Positions 18,722-28,701 of a stretch of DNA of 64,000 nucleotides are shown here, in pieces; position 1 is the first letter of the stretch, and each line of letters begins with the position of its first letter. The notes beneath the pieces were generated by a model. It saw nothing but the letters and a program-made list of their open reading frames with translations. It made no database searches and was not told the DNA's origin. The DNA is from Gammaproteobacteria bacterium (GTDB lineage: Bacteria; Pseudomonadota; Gammaproteobacteria; UBA4575). A program made the translations under genes and the position numbers. The stretch lies in assembly GCA_965221955.1 (NCBI GenBank), contig CBDCTA010000002.1, positions 64,001 to 128,000 of the forward strand, read 5' to 3'.

Positions 18722-19398
18722 CTACATAATTTTTAATATATTATCTATTCTACTCGTAGTGTATGGTCTAAGTATGTCTTGGATTTCAGCTGCAGTGGTA
18801 TTAATTAAATCTATCGAAATGTCACCATGTCCTTGTAATATAAACAGACAATCATTTGTGTCTGTTGTAGTTTTGGTTTTATCGCATTGTCGACAATCAA
18901 GTCTGCACAGAATTTCGTTATCATCGTCGATGTAACAATATTCACCTTTATTAATACTGTTGTGGTTTATTTCTTCCCTAAGGGGATGAATTGTTCGTCA
19001 CCGTTTGTAAAACAAAGTCTCACATTTCCACTGATATGCTTTATATCATGAGCACCGATAGAGATTCTGTTCTTAATTGCAACGTAATTATAAATATCTA
19101 CTAGAAAATTAATGGGTCTCAAAGATTTATGTTTATATAGAATCCTTATTAAACTTTCTGGTGAAGCTAATAATGTTTTATCAGTAATACCAATAGTTTC
19201 ATGTAACTTTCTATATCCTGATATTTTCGGATCACATTCTAAGTTTTCAAGTGTATGATCGTATAATAATTGTGCGTAGAAGCTTTCAATCTTGTTCCGT
19301 ATGTTTTCATCGTGAGTATCGTTTTCAATTCCATGGATTAGTAGAAATGCAACCTTTATCCCTAATGCAGAAACATCATCACATATTTTAAAATTCAT
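18722..19398 (-). pseudogene. B3/4 (PheRS-beta editing-like) domain gene split by a frameshift
   Basis: ORF 19398-18967 (SPESL, INFLVDIYN, GAHD, F.PLG) continues in another frame as GEYCYIDDDNEILCRLDCRQCDKTK..QG to TAG at 18722. Confidence 0.8.
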
Positions 19399-19424
19399 AG
19401 AATAAATACGTGTTTAAGTTAAGC

Positions 19425-20081
19425 CTAAATTGGGAACATATTTAATAGAGTAGTTGATGAATAAAGCATTTTCATTCCTACTAAAATGGCTAGAGCACCT
19501 GTAAAAACTTTAAAATATTTAAAAGGTATAAATTTAATTTTACGATGCAAAGGCATCGTCATAAGAATAGAAAGGAAAGACATGCAGATAATCAAGCCAA
19601 TACTAAATAAAACAATATAAGTAAACTTTAAATAAATTGAATCAATCGTTGTGGTAAGAAGCGCAACTATTAAACCAGAACCTGCTGCGCCGTGTAATAA
19701 ACCAATACTTAGAGACTTTAAGGTGAGCCGCGTTTTATTGTTATCTTCTATAACCGTGTTTGTCGAATATTTATTTTCTTTTGTAGAAAAAAGGATTTTG
19801 GCTTTTTTAATCACATCGATTCCCATCCAGACAAGTACAGCACCTACTAAAAGCTCAAAAAAGACGAAGACACTTTTATCAATTTCAATCTGTAAACCCA
19901 TCAAAATCATACTGAAGAGTAATAATGTAATTGTATGACCAATTCCCCATATGGCGCCTTGCTTAGCAGTGGCAGATACCGAATTAGATTCTGTAGAAAC
20001 CATTAATACAGCTGCAATATGATCTGGTTCGAAGGCATGACGGATGCCTAAGGTAATGGCTAAGAGTAGTAAGACAGTCAT
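19425..20081 (-). CDS. Nickel transporter-like urease accessory protein (UreH/NiCoT-like)
   Basis: RHAFEPDH, WGIGHT and GLLHGAAGSG motifs; last gene of the urease cluster. Confidence 0.82.
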   Translation of the reverse strand: MTVLLLLAITLGIRHAFEPDHIAAVLMVSTESNSVSATAKQGAIWGIGHTITLLLFSMILMGLQIEIDKSVFVFFELLVGAVLVWMGIDVIKKAKILFSTKENKYSTNTVIEDNNKTRLTLKSLSIGLLHGAAGSGLIVALLTTTIDSIYLKFTYIVLFSIGLIICMSFLSILMTMPLHRKIKFIPFKYFKVFTGALAILVGMKMLYSSTTLLNMFPI

Positions 20082-20088
20082 ATGCTTT

Positions 20089-20898
20089 TTATTTTTTTCT
20101 AATATTGGGTTTGATTCCAACCAATGATTCTCTAATGATCAGCCATGCTTGAAGCATTGTTTTCTTAATTGCATCACCATCAGTTGCTAAAAATTTAATT
20201 ATAATCCCGCAATTATTCGGAAATTCAGAAACACCCCCATAAATTTCTGGATTGGTGCTAATGTATTTTTGCAGTGGTTCAAACAATTCATTATAAGTGC
20301 CTGACCGATTTACAATAGAGATCGTACCCATGCCAATATAATGTTGATTTGCTTGCAAAAAGTTTTTTGGATTAATTAAATAAACATCTTTTGCCAATAA
20401 TTTGTTATTTTCAGAATAAATTTGTAAATAGCTATTTAATTTGTTGAATAAATGATCTTTACCTTTAAGGAAATGAAGTAAGAACGCATCAGAAACGACT
20501 GCGGTACTTGTTTCATCTGCATATACATTAATCGTCGAGCTTAAAGTAGATTTTGGGAATAGAATCAAAGGGTCTGACACGTATTCCGTGTAAGCATAAT
20601 CTTTTGCATTTACATTTACAGTTTGATGAGCAATGCCATTTGTCATTCCATGAACGATGGTTGAAGCCTGTGTTGTTACATGGCTAAATGAATTGGGGTT
20701 TGCTACAACATTCGTAGTTAGATTTTCATTTTCATAGATTCCTCCAGATGCAGATTGAATATAAATATTAGCCATTCCAGGTGGATCATTTTCAAAGTAT
20801 TGCGTTCTGCAAACATGAAAAGGGTAGGAGGCAAATTGATTCTCAAGATAGGTTTTACCATCTACACTCTTGGAGAATTCAAGTGATAAATTACTCAT
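20089..20898 (-). CDS. ureD: Urease accessory protein UreD
   Basis: SGG and TTQAST motifs; operon context. Confidence 0.85.
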   Translation of the reverse strand: MSNLSLEFSKSVDGKTYLENQFASYPFHVCRTQYFENDPPGMANIYIQSASGGIYENENLTTNVVANPNSFSHVTTQASTIVHGMTNGIAHQTVNVNAKDYAYTEYVSDPLILFPKSTLSSTINVYADETSTAVVSDAFLLHFLKGKDHLFNKLNSYLQIYSENNKLLAKDVYLINPKNFLQANQHYIGMGTISIVNRSGTYNELFEPLQKYISTNPEIYGGVSEFPNNCGIIIKFLATDGDAIKKTMLQAWLIIRESLVGIKPNIRKK

Positions 20899-20922
20899 TC
20901 TTATTTTTTTGTATGTTATAAG

Positions 20923-21549
20923 TTACTTGAACAATACGTTTTCAATAATATGTTCAGCGACCTCTTTAATCCCATCACCCGTTTTACAATTGGTTAGTAC
21001 CAAAGGTTTATTGCCTCTTACTTGTTGACCTTCTTTAACCATTAAGTCCACATCTGCACCGACATATTTAGCGATATCTATTTTATTAATCACTAGCAAA
21101 TCAGATTGCACAATCCCTGGGCCTCTTTTACGTGGAATGTCATCACCTTCCGAGGTGTCAATAACAAACATCCAATAGTCAACAAGATCTAATGAAAATG
21201 TTGATGCAAGATTATCTCCACCACTTTCTATTAAAATTAAATCAAGGTCTGCAAATTCTTGATCCAAGCGGTCGGCGGCTTGAATATTTAAAGTTGGATC
21301 TTCACGGATAACCGTATGAGGGCATGCGCCTGCTTCTACTGCAACGACACGTTCAGGTGCAAGCAAACCGGATTGCTGCAACCGTTTAGCATCTTCTCTA
21401 GTTACTAAATCATTGGTAACAATTGCAAGCTCATTTCCTCTTTCTTTAAAATATGGAATTAACTGCTCAATTAAAGCCGTTTTGCCTGAACCAACAGGTC
21501 CGCCAATACCTACTCGTGCAGGCCCGTTTGTTTTTGGTACTGCGTTCAT
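20923..21549 (-). CDS. ureG: Urease accessory GTPase UreG
   Basis: [23 protein letters not shown]. Confidence 0.95.
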   Translation of the reverse strand: MNAVPKTNGPARVGIGGPVGSGKTALIEQLIPYFKERGNELAIVTNDLVTREDAKRLQQSGLLAPERVVAVEAGACPHTVIREDPTLNIQAADRLDQEFADLDLILIESGGDNLASTFSLDLVDYWMFVIDTSEGDDIPRKRGPGIVQSDLLVINKIDIAKYVGADVDLMVKEGQQVRGNKPLVLTNCKTGDGIKEVAEHIIENVLFK

Positions 21550-23258
21550 CGGAGCATGTAACGTTGTGTGAGTGGAAGCGTTTTAGCAGGCTCACAAGTT
21601 GCTAACTCACCATCTACAAATACATCAAAGGTTTCAGGATTAACGGTTACCTTAGGACAACAATCATTATGTAGCATATGGCTTTTATTCAGTTTGCGTG
21701 TACCGTGTGCAGGTAAATTCACTTTTTGAAGTTGTAATTTTTCTCCAATATTTGCATCAACTGCTGATTGGTTAACAAAATTTGCACTTAAATGCTGTTT
21801 GGCGTTTCCAAAAGCGCCCCATTGAGGTCGCATTGCAAGTGGTTCGCATGTCATTAATGATGCCGCACTGTCTCCCATTGCTGACCAAACAATAAATCCG
21901 CCTTTAATGATCAATTCTGGTTTAATACCAAAAAACTCCGGCCTCCATAAAACGACATCACCGATTTTTCCTTTCTCTAACGAACCGATATAGTCATCAA
22001 TGCCAAAAGTACGTGCAGCATTAATCGTATACTTTGCGATAAATCGCTTAATTCGTTCATTGTCACCACGTTTGGTAGTTTCTTCCGCAAGTCTTCCACG
22101 TTGGTCTTTCATTTTGCTTGCAAGTTGCCATGTTCGACAAATGACTTCATTAATACGACCCATGCCTTGGCTATCGGATCCCAACATTGAGATTGCACCA
22201 AGATCATGCATTACATCTTCTGCGGCAATGGTTTGTGCACGAATTCGACTTTCTGCAAAGGCAACATCTTCAGGAATAGCAGGATTTAAATGATGACACA
22301 CCATGGTCATATCTAAATGTTCGTCAAACGTGTTAACGGTATATGGATTTGTAGGATTGGTAGAAGAGGGGAGACAATTATATTCGCCTGCTACACGAAT
22401 AATATCGGGAGCATGTCCACCACCTGCACCTTCAGTGTGATACATATGTATGGTTCGACCATTAATGGCAGCTAAAGTGTTTTCCACAAAACCACTTTCA
22501 TTCAATGTATCAGTATGAAGTTGTACTTGATAATCTAAATCATCGGCAACGGATAGGCAGGTATCGATGACCGCAGGCATTGCGCCCCAGTCCTCATGAA
22601 TTTTAAGTCCTATGCAGCCTCCCGCGAGTTGGTCAATGATAGATCGAGGTTTGGATGTATTGCCGCGCCCTAAAAATCCAAAATTAATGGGCCATTGTTC
22701 CGAGGCCTGTAACATCTTGCCTACATTCCAAGCACCGCCACAATCAATACCAACTGTGATGGGACCAAGTGATCCACCAATCATAGTAGTGATGCCCGAA
22801 CTTAATGCGTGTTCGCATAACTGAGCACTATCAAAGTGAACGTGTACATCAATTCCTCCAGGAGTAGCAATTAATCCTTCGGCATCGCGAACCGTTGTTG
22901 CAGCTGCGCAAACTAACTCAGGATGAACGTTGTCCATCGTGGCTGGGTTACCAGCTTTACCTACGCCAACAATTTTTCCTTCTTTAATTCCAATGTCTGC
23001 TTTGACAATCCCTAAAACAGGGTCAATTACTAATGCATTACTAACCAACATATCGAGTGACCCTGCTGCACTGTCATAACCTGGTGTTAAACCTAAGCCG
23101 TCACGTAAAGTTTTGCCGCCACCGTGTAAGCATTCATCTCCAGGCACTGCATAGTCATGTTCTACTTCCGCGAGTAATGATGTATCTCCTAATCGAACAG
23201 CATCTCCCTTTGTAGGTCCATACATTACGGCATATTCTTTTCTAGAAATCTTAATCAT
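21546..23258 (-). CDS. ureC: Urease alpha subunit homologue (divergent)
   Basis: [47 protein letters not shown]. Confidence 0.93.
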   Translation of the reverse strand: MIKISRKEYAVMYGPTKGDAVRLGDTSLLAEVEHDYAVPGDECLHGGGKTLRDGLGLTPGYDSAAGSLDMLVSNALVIDPVLGIVKADIGIKEGKIVGVGKAGNPATMDNVHPELVCAAATTVRDAEGLIATPGGIDVHVHFDSAQLCEHALSSGITTMIGGSLGPITVGIDCGGAWNVGKMLQASEQWPINFGFLGRGNTSKPRSIIDQLAGGCIGLKIHEDWGAMPAVIDTCLSVADDLDYQVQLHTDTLNESGFVENTLAAINGRTIHMYHTEGAGGGHAPDIIRVAGEYNCLPSSTNPTNPYTVNTFDEHLDMTMVCHHLNPAIPEDVAFAESRIRAQTIAAEDVMHDLGAISMLGSDSQGMGRINEVICRTWQLASKMKDQRGRLAEETTKRGDNERIKRFIAKYTINAARTFGIDDYIGSLEKGKIGDVVLWRPEFFGIKPELIIKGGFIVWSAMGDSAASLMTCEPLAMRPQWGAFGNAKQHLSANFVNQSAVDANIGEKLQLQKVNLPAHGTRKLNKSHMLHNDCCPKVTVNPETFDVFVDGELATCEPAKTLPLTQRYMLR

Positions 23259-23260
23259 GG

Positions 23261-23959
23261 TTATGCCCCTTTAAATCCGCGAGTTTTGGCTAAATGTAAA
23301 GCTTCTTGTTTTTTCACTTCACTCGATGTTGAACCATTAGTTAAGCTGTTTAATCCGTAAATTTCTCCAGCGCCTCCAAAATCAACCAATGCGACTTCTT
23401 TGCTTTCTCCTGGTTCAAATCTAACCGCCGTTCCAGCAGGAATATCTAAATGCTTTCCAAATGCATCTTCACGTTTGAAATCTAATCCAGGGTTCACTTC
23501 AAAAAAGTGGAAATGACTTCCTATTTGTACAGGGCGGTCACCTGTATTTAATACTTTCACTTTAATTGATTTTTTACCTTCATTAATTTTTACATCACCT
23601 TCACCAGGTATAATCTCTCCTGGGATAACATCATCCTTTTTAGATTTTTTCTTGCCTGCACGTATAGGTTCATGCACAGTCACCAACTTTGTTCCATCTG
23701 GGAAAGTTGCTTCAACTTGAAGCATATGCATCATATCGCCTACACCTGGCATGACGTCATCCGTGCTGAGTAAGGTTGAACCATAACTAATCAATTCTGC
23801 TACAGAACGTCCTTCACGTGCGCCTTCTAATATTTCATCTGCGATGATAGCTGTAGCTTCAGGATGATTTAGTGCTAAGCCTTTTGCTTTTCGTTTTCTG
23901 GCTAGCTCTGCGGCAGTGTAAATTGTTAATCGTTCTAATTCAGTTGGTGTTAACAGCAT
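23261..23959 (-). CDS. ureAB: Fused urease gamma/beta subunit
   Basis: [21 protein letters not shown], then [17 protein letters not shown] and GTAVRFEPG. Confidence 0.95.
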   Translation of the reverse strand: MLLTPTELERLTIYTAAELARKRKAKGLALNHPEATAIIADEILEGAREGRSVAELISYGSTLLSTDDVMPGVGDMMHMLQVEATFPDGTKLVTVHEPIRAGKKKSKKDDVIPGEIIPGEGDVKINEGKKSIKVKVLNTGDRPVQIGSHFHFFEVNPGLDFKREDAFGKHLDIPAGTAVRFEPGESKEVALVDFGGAGEIYGLNSLTNGSTSSEVKKQEALHLAKTRGFKGA

Positions 23960-23980
23960 GGTTTTCCTCCGAATTCATTC

Positions 23981-24661
23981 TCAATTAGCAAACAATCTAG
24001 AATCTGCATGTTCATGACGCATCGATGCAATGTCAGCGAACGGTGTAAAAGCATGTATCTCTTCAATTGCAGGAATGGGCCATTGTGTAATTTCTAGTAT
24101 CAGCGATCGAAATGTAGTTAAACTATTTTGGCAATCAATATGTCCAATTAAACCAAGTCGTAAAGCAGCGCCTAAAACTGAAACACAAAAGTTATAAGCG
24201 GACAGGATCAAAATAGATTTTTTAGATAAGCCAAGAGAACTCCAAATCAAACCTTGTGATATGGACAAATGTCCAAGTGCATTATTTTTGTAAATAAGGC
24301 TTAGGTATTTCTGTGCGGCTGCGTTGTCTAATTTACTATATGTAGTTAGTAAGGCATTCCCTAATCTTTTTGAACCTTCTCGTAATTCACTCGCAAGCGT
24401 CATGCATTCAATCAGACGATCCATTTCAATTACTTTTTCTAAATCATTACCATTTTCAATGGTGTGTGCTAAAACGACTCGTTCAAACGGACCCCATCTT
24501 TCTACGAGTTGATTTTCAATGAAATCATTTACGCCCGTAATAGAAGTAACAATTTCATCTTCTTTTAACATTTCCAAACCCCAAGAAAATGACACAGCAC
24601 CTGATGGGAAAAAGCTGTCCCCATGCTGCAAAAGCGTGAGTAATTGTTCTTCTTCAGTCAT
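23981..24661 (-). CDS. ureF: Urease accessory protein UreF
   Basis: DSFFPSG...SWGLE and C-terminal RHE....RLFAN; ATG 24661 overlaps the ureE stop. Confidence 0.9.
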   Translation of the reverse strand: MTEEEQLLTLLQHGDSFFPSGAVSFSWGLEMLKEDEIVTSITGVNDFIENQLVERWGPFERVVLAHTIENGNDLEKVIEMDRLIECMTLASELREGSKRLGNALLTTYSKLDNAAAQKYLSLIYKNNALGHLSISQGLIWSSLGLSKKSILILSAYNFCVSVLGAALRLGLIGHIDCQNSLTTFRSLILEITQWPIPAIEEIHAFTPFADIASMRHEHADSRLFAN

Positions 24662-25103
24662 GGTCTGCAATAGTAATTTTATTTTGGTCAAAGAAATCTT
24701 TTAATCGATCAAGATAAATTTCTTTTGGGCTATCTAATGCAATATCAAGATGTTTGTTTTCAAATTTAACACGCCAGTGCATATTGCCAGCGAAATAGCC
24801 AAGTTCGATTGCAGTTGAAATATCTTTAGGCTGTAGTGATAACCATTGATCTTCAGCCATTTTTACAACAATAGCGCGATCAGTTTCTAATAATAATACT
24901 GCGCCATTTGATAATTTATTTTCGCGTGAAATAACTACAGCACAATCTGTACCTTGATCCGTTTGAGCGCGGAAACGTCTACGCTGTAAATTAGCGTGAT
25001 CTAAAACAATATATTCGACTTTATTTTGATGTGATAAATCGTGAAGTTGACCTGATAGATTCGAATCATGTGAATGACCAAGGACTTGATTAAGTTGAAT
25101 CAT
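24654..25103 (-). CDS. ureE: Urease accessory protein UreE, no His-rich tail
   Basis: R.RAQTD.G and LGY..GNMHW (Ni-binding GNxH). Confidence 0.85.
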   Translation of the reverse strand: MIQLNQVLGHSHDSNLSGQLHDLSHQNKVEYIVLDHANLQRRRFRAQTDQGTDCAVVISRENKLSNGAVLLLETDRAIVVKMAEDQWLSLQPKDISTAIELGYFAGNMHWRVKFENKHLDIALDSPKEIYLDRLKDFFDQNKITIADHD

Positions 25104-25231
25104 TTTTGTTTTTTATACTATCCAATATTAAGGCTGAGCAATTAATACTGATGATTAATTAACCATGATTTAATAGCGGTATTACTAGCTTTATCAAACT
25201 ACGTGTAGCTAATATACCTATTATTAAAAAT

Positions 25232-25264
25232 TAATTCATAGTAAAATAAGTTTATTGATAGAAA
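25232..25264. promoter_or_regulatory. Tandem candidate operator pair (20-bp period)
   Basis: Minus-strand TTTCTATCAATAA (25252-64) and TTACTATGAATTA (25232-44) resemble the pair at 58116-58148. Confidence 0.5.
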
Positions 25265-25422
25265 CTATAATATTTTTTAATAATTTGAGTTGTTATAGAT
25301 TGATTTGGATAAAAAACGATCAAATTATGATCTTCCTGAGAAGTTATTTAACTTCAAAAATTTGAAAATGTAAGTGTTACTTAAACAATAAAATATAAAT
25401 ATAAGGAAGGGGCCTGATTCAA

Positions 25423-25824
25423 ATGAGTAAAAACATTAAAGAACTAACAGAACGTTTTTATGAGCTCGTAAATAATGGTGGAGAATTATCGGAAGTGTTA
25501 TCTGATGACTTTATATTTGGGATTATGCCTGGTTTTCCTTATGGTGGAGATCAAAATGGATTGCAAGCATCGTTAGAATTTTTTGATAAGCTAGGTGGCC
25601 ACTTTGAGTTTTGGGAAGTAGTCCCACTAAAATATATAGAAGTGGATGACAGTAACATTGTTGTACAAGCATTATATCGAACCAAAGCGACTGAATCAGG
25701 CCAAGATGTTGAACTAGAAACGGTCCATCTTTGGACATCAAAAGATGGAAAGTTAAATACTTATAAACATTACTGTGATACAGCGTTGTTATGTTCAGCG
25801 CTTGGGCATTCAATACCTCATTAA
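25423..25824 (+). CDS. SnoaL/NTF2-like protein
   Basis: GFPYGG...G, VHLWT..DGK and Y.DT motifs. Confidence 0.8.
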   Translation: MSKNIKELTERFYELVNNGGELSEVLSDDFIFGIMPGFPYGGDQNGLQASLEFFDKLGGHFEFWEVVPLKYIEVDDSNIVVQALYRTKATESGQDVELETVHLWTSKDGKLNTYKHYCDTALLCSALGHSIPH

Positions 25825-25849
25825 TTATTTTGTATTTAAGGAAAAATTT

Positions 25850-26758
25850 ATGTGCGGCATAGCAGGCATCATGCTTAAGGACTCATCAGACTATAAAACC
25901 GGTGAGGCTTTAGTGAGTATGTTAAATGGTTGTCAACATCGTGGCCCAGATTCTACGGGCTTTGCTTTATATGGTAGCTCACAAGAAAACACATTGAAAT
26001 TAAGACTATTAGTGGGTCAAGGTGAAATTGGAATAGCAGCAATTACTCGAATTAAACAGTTATTGAAAGAAAATGATGCATCGATAATTGAGGATGAACA
26101 TATTGGAGAAACCTATCGTGCAACGATCAATTACTCTGGCGATATTCAAAAATTTTCCTATGCACTAGAGAATGCAGCAAAAGTTGTTTCAATAGGAAAT
26201 AGTTTAGACATTATTAAAGATGTAGGAAGTGCGGAAGATGTAGATGCTAGTTATGACATCCGAAAATATAAAGGTTCCCATGGTTTGGGGCATGTACGAC
26301 TAGCAACGGAATCTGACGTTAAGCCAGAAGCTGCACATCCTTTTTGGGCCACTGGATTTGCAGATGTTGCTATCGTACACAATGGACAAATCACAAATTA
26401 CTGGAAAATGCGTCGTAGATTAGAACAGCGCGATTATGAATTTCGTACTGATAACGATAGCGAGCTTATTGCAGTTTATCTTGCAGATAAATTATCACAA
26501 GGAATTAAGTTAAAAGATGCACTTAAAACATCAATTGAAGATCTTGACGGAACATTTTCATTTTTAGTTTCTACCAAAGATGAAATTGGATATGCAAAAG
26601 ACCACTTAGCCGTAAAACCTATGGTGATGTATGAAACTGAAGACATGGTGGCGATTGCTTCCGAAGAGGTTTCGCTGAATAAACTATTTCCAGGGCAGGC
26701 CCTTAATACAAAAGAACCACCACCAGGAACCTATAACACATGGTCACGATCGATCTAG
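25850..26758 (+). CDS. Class II glutamine amidotransferase (MgsA/GlxB paralogue)
   Basis: N-terminal MCGIAG, HRGPDSTG, GHVRLATES, HNGQITN, DSE. Confidence 0.9.
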   Translation: MCGIAGIMLKDSSDYKTGEALVSMLNGCQHRGPDSTGFALYGSSQENTLKLRLLVGQGEIGIAAITRIKQLLKENDASIIEDEHIGETYRATINYSGDIQKFSYALENAAKVVSIGNSLDIIKDVGSAEDVDASYDIRKYKGSHGLGHVRLATESDVKPEAAHPFWATGFADVAIVHNGQITNYWKMRRRLEQRDYEFRTDNDSELIAVYLADKLSQGIKLKDALKTSIEDLDGTFSFLVSTKDEIGYAKDHLAVKPMVMYETEDMVAIASEEVSLNKLFPGQALNTKEPPPGTYNTWSRSI

Positions 26759-28701
26759 GAAAAACTTCCGTAAGAGAAGGCAATGAAATAATTCGACAAT
26801 GCGGTAAAGACGGAGAAGATGTCGAAGTAATCAATCCGGATGCACGCCATCACATTGGCGTAGGTTTAATTCATCCCATTACAGTAAAAGTAAAAGGTTC
26901 TGCAGGTTATTTCTGTGCAGGATTAAGTGATGCTGCGCACTTTGAAGTGGAGAGTAATGTAGGTTGGGGTGTGGGTGACAACATGTACTCAGGTTCAGTA
27001 ATAGTTGGTGGGAATGCAGGTGCTATTCCTGGAGTTGCCATACGTGGAGCCGATATAGTAATTCGTGGAAACATGGGTTCTCGTGCAGGTCAAGTTATGA
27101 AGGCCGGAACTTTATGTTGTGAAGGTAACGCAAACTTTATGGCTGGTTATATGATGTATGGAGGGCGCATCATTATATTGGGGGATTCAGGCGAAAAAGT
27201 TGGCGAGGATATGTCTGCAGGTGAAATATTCGTAGGTGGGAAAGTTGAAGATTTAGGTTCTGACGCAGAGCTTACAGATATCGATAGTGCAGAAATAGAT
27301 GAAGTAAAGGAATTTTTGGAACGTTATAAAATTCCATTCAAAGGAAGTTTTCAAAAAGTCGTTAATGCAGGAAAGAAACTACGTTACGCAACATCTGAGC
27401 AACAAATGCGTAGCATTCCGTTTTTCTCATTTTCAGGCGCATCTGATTATTGGAATCCAAAAATCCAAGAAGATTTATATATTAAGTCTCAAATTGGACG
27501 TTATCGTATTCGTGGTTATGGTGGTGCACGACCATTACCTCATTTTTCAGACATAGCATTTAAAAAAGATTTATCTATGGCGGGTGGCGATGTAGATGTT
27601 GTTTCTAAAGTAAAAATGCGCACGGAAATCGGCGGCATTAATGGCGCAGAACCTCTTAAATTAAGTATGCCAGTCATGATTGCGCCAATGAGTTATGGTG
27701 CTCTAAGTGCATCAACGAAAAGAGCAATTGGACTCGCTTCTACGTTATCCGATATTGCAGAAAATACAGGTGAAGGGGGTATGAGTGATGCGCAACGTGG
27801 AGCGGCAAAGCAGCTAATCTTTCAAATGCTTGGAGGGAGGCTGGGTTGGAATATTCATGATATGAATCGTGCTGATGGTTTAGAAATTTATATTTCACAA
27901 GGGGCTAAGCCTGGTTTAGGTGGGCAGCTAATGGCTAAAAAAGTAACGCCAGAACTCGCAAAGATAAGAGGAATTCCTGCAGGTATTGATTTACGTTCAC
28001 CTTCTCGTCATCCAGATATTTTAGGTGCTGATGATTTAGTTATTAAAGTAGAAGAATTACGTGAAGCAACAGGTTATCGTTTACCTGTTAGTATCAAGCT
28101 TGGTGCAGGACGTGTCCGTGACGATATAAAAATTGCAGTAAAGGATGGATTTGATTTTGTAGAACTAGATGGTATGCAAGGTTCCACTGGTGCGGGAAGT
28201 GCAGAAGTAATCGACTATGTAGGTATACCGACTTTACCTGCCATTATCGAAGCATTAAATGCATTAGATGAGATTGGAAGGCGTGATGATATACAAATTG
28301 TTCTCATGGGCGGCATACGCGATGGTGTAGATGCGGCTAAAGCATTATGTTTAGGTGCAGATGCTGTAGCGTTAGGGACTTCTACTATTATTGCAGGTGG
28401 ATGTATTGCATGTATGCAGTGTCATGTTGGTCAATGTGTTACTGGTATTGCAACGCAAGATCCTGAACATGAAAAACGTTATGAGCCTGAAGTTGAAGCA
28501 CAAAACATTCATCGTTTCTTAGAAAGTGTTCGTTGGCAGATTGCTACTATTGCAAATGAACTTGGCTATAACGATGTAACACAGTTAAGTCGGGACGATT
28601 TGGTGGCGTTAACGCCCGAAGTTGCAGAGATGACGGGCTTGCCATATGAGCCCCAATATGGAGATGCAGACCTTGATATTAAAGTGAGGGCAGCAGGATG
28701 A
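26740..28701 (+). CDS. Fusion of GXGXG (GltB C-terminal) domain and FMN-binding glutamate synthase domain with Fe-S motif
   Basis: G-rich beta-helix repeats, then APMSYGALS, NTGEGG, SQGAKPGLGG and CIACMQCHVGQCVTGIATQDP. Confidence 0.88.
   Translation: MVTIDLGKTSVREGNEIIRQCGKDGEDVEVINPDARHHIGVGLIHPITVKVKGSAGYFCAGLSDAAHFEVESNVGWGVGDNMYSGSVIVGGNAGAIPGVAIRGADIVIRGNMGSRAGQVMKAGTLCCEGNANFMAGYMMYGGRIIILGDSGEKVGEDMSAGEIFVGGKVEDLGSDAELTDIDSAEIDEVKEFLERYKIPFKGSFQKVVNAGKKLRYATSEQQMRSIPFFSFSGASDYWNPKIQEDLYIKSQIGRYRIRGYGGARPLPHFSDIAFKKDLSMAGGDVDVVSKVKMRTEIGGINGAEPLKLSMPVMIAPMSYGALSASTKRAIGLASTLSDIAENTGEGGMSDAQRGAAKQLIFQMLGGRLGWNIHDMNRADGLEIYISQGAKPGLGGQLMAKKVTPELAKIRGIPAGIDLRSPSRHPDILGADDLVIKVEELREATGYRLPVSIKLGAGRVRDDIKIAVKDGFDFVELDGMQGSTGAGSAEVIDYVGIPTLPAIIEALNALDEIGRRDDIQIVLMGGIRDGVDAAKALCLGADAVALGTSTIIAGGCIACMQCHVGQCVTGIATQDPEHEKRYEPEVEAQNIHRFLESVRWQIATIANELGYNDVTQLSRDDLVALTPEVAEMTGLPYEPQYGDADLDIKVRAAG

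Noticed and set aside
18960-18980. Programmed ribosomal frameshift in the B3/4 gene
   Set aside because: No canonical slippery heptamer or stimulatory structure seen; mutation or assembly error is simpler.
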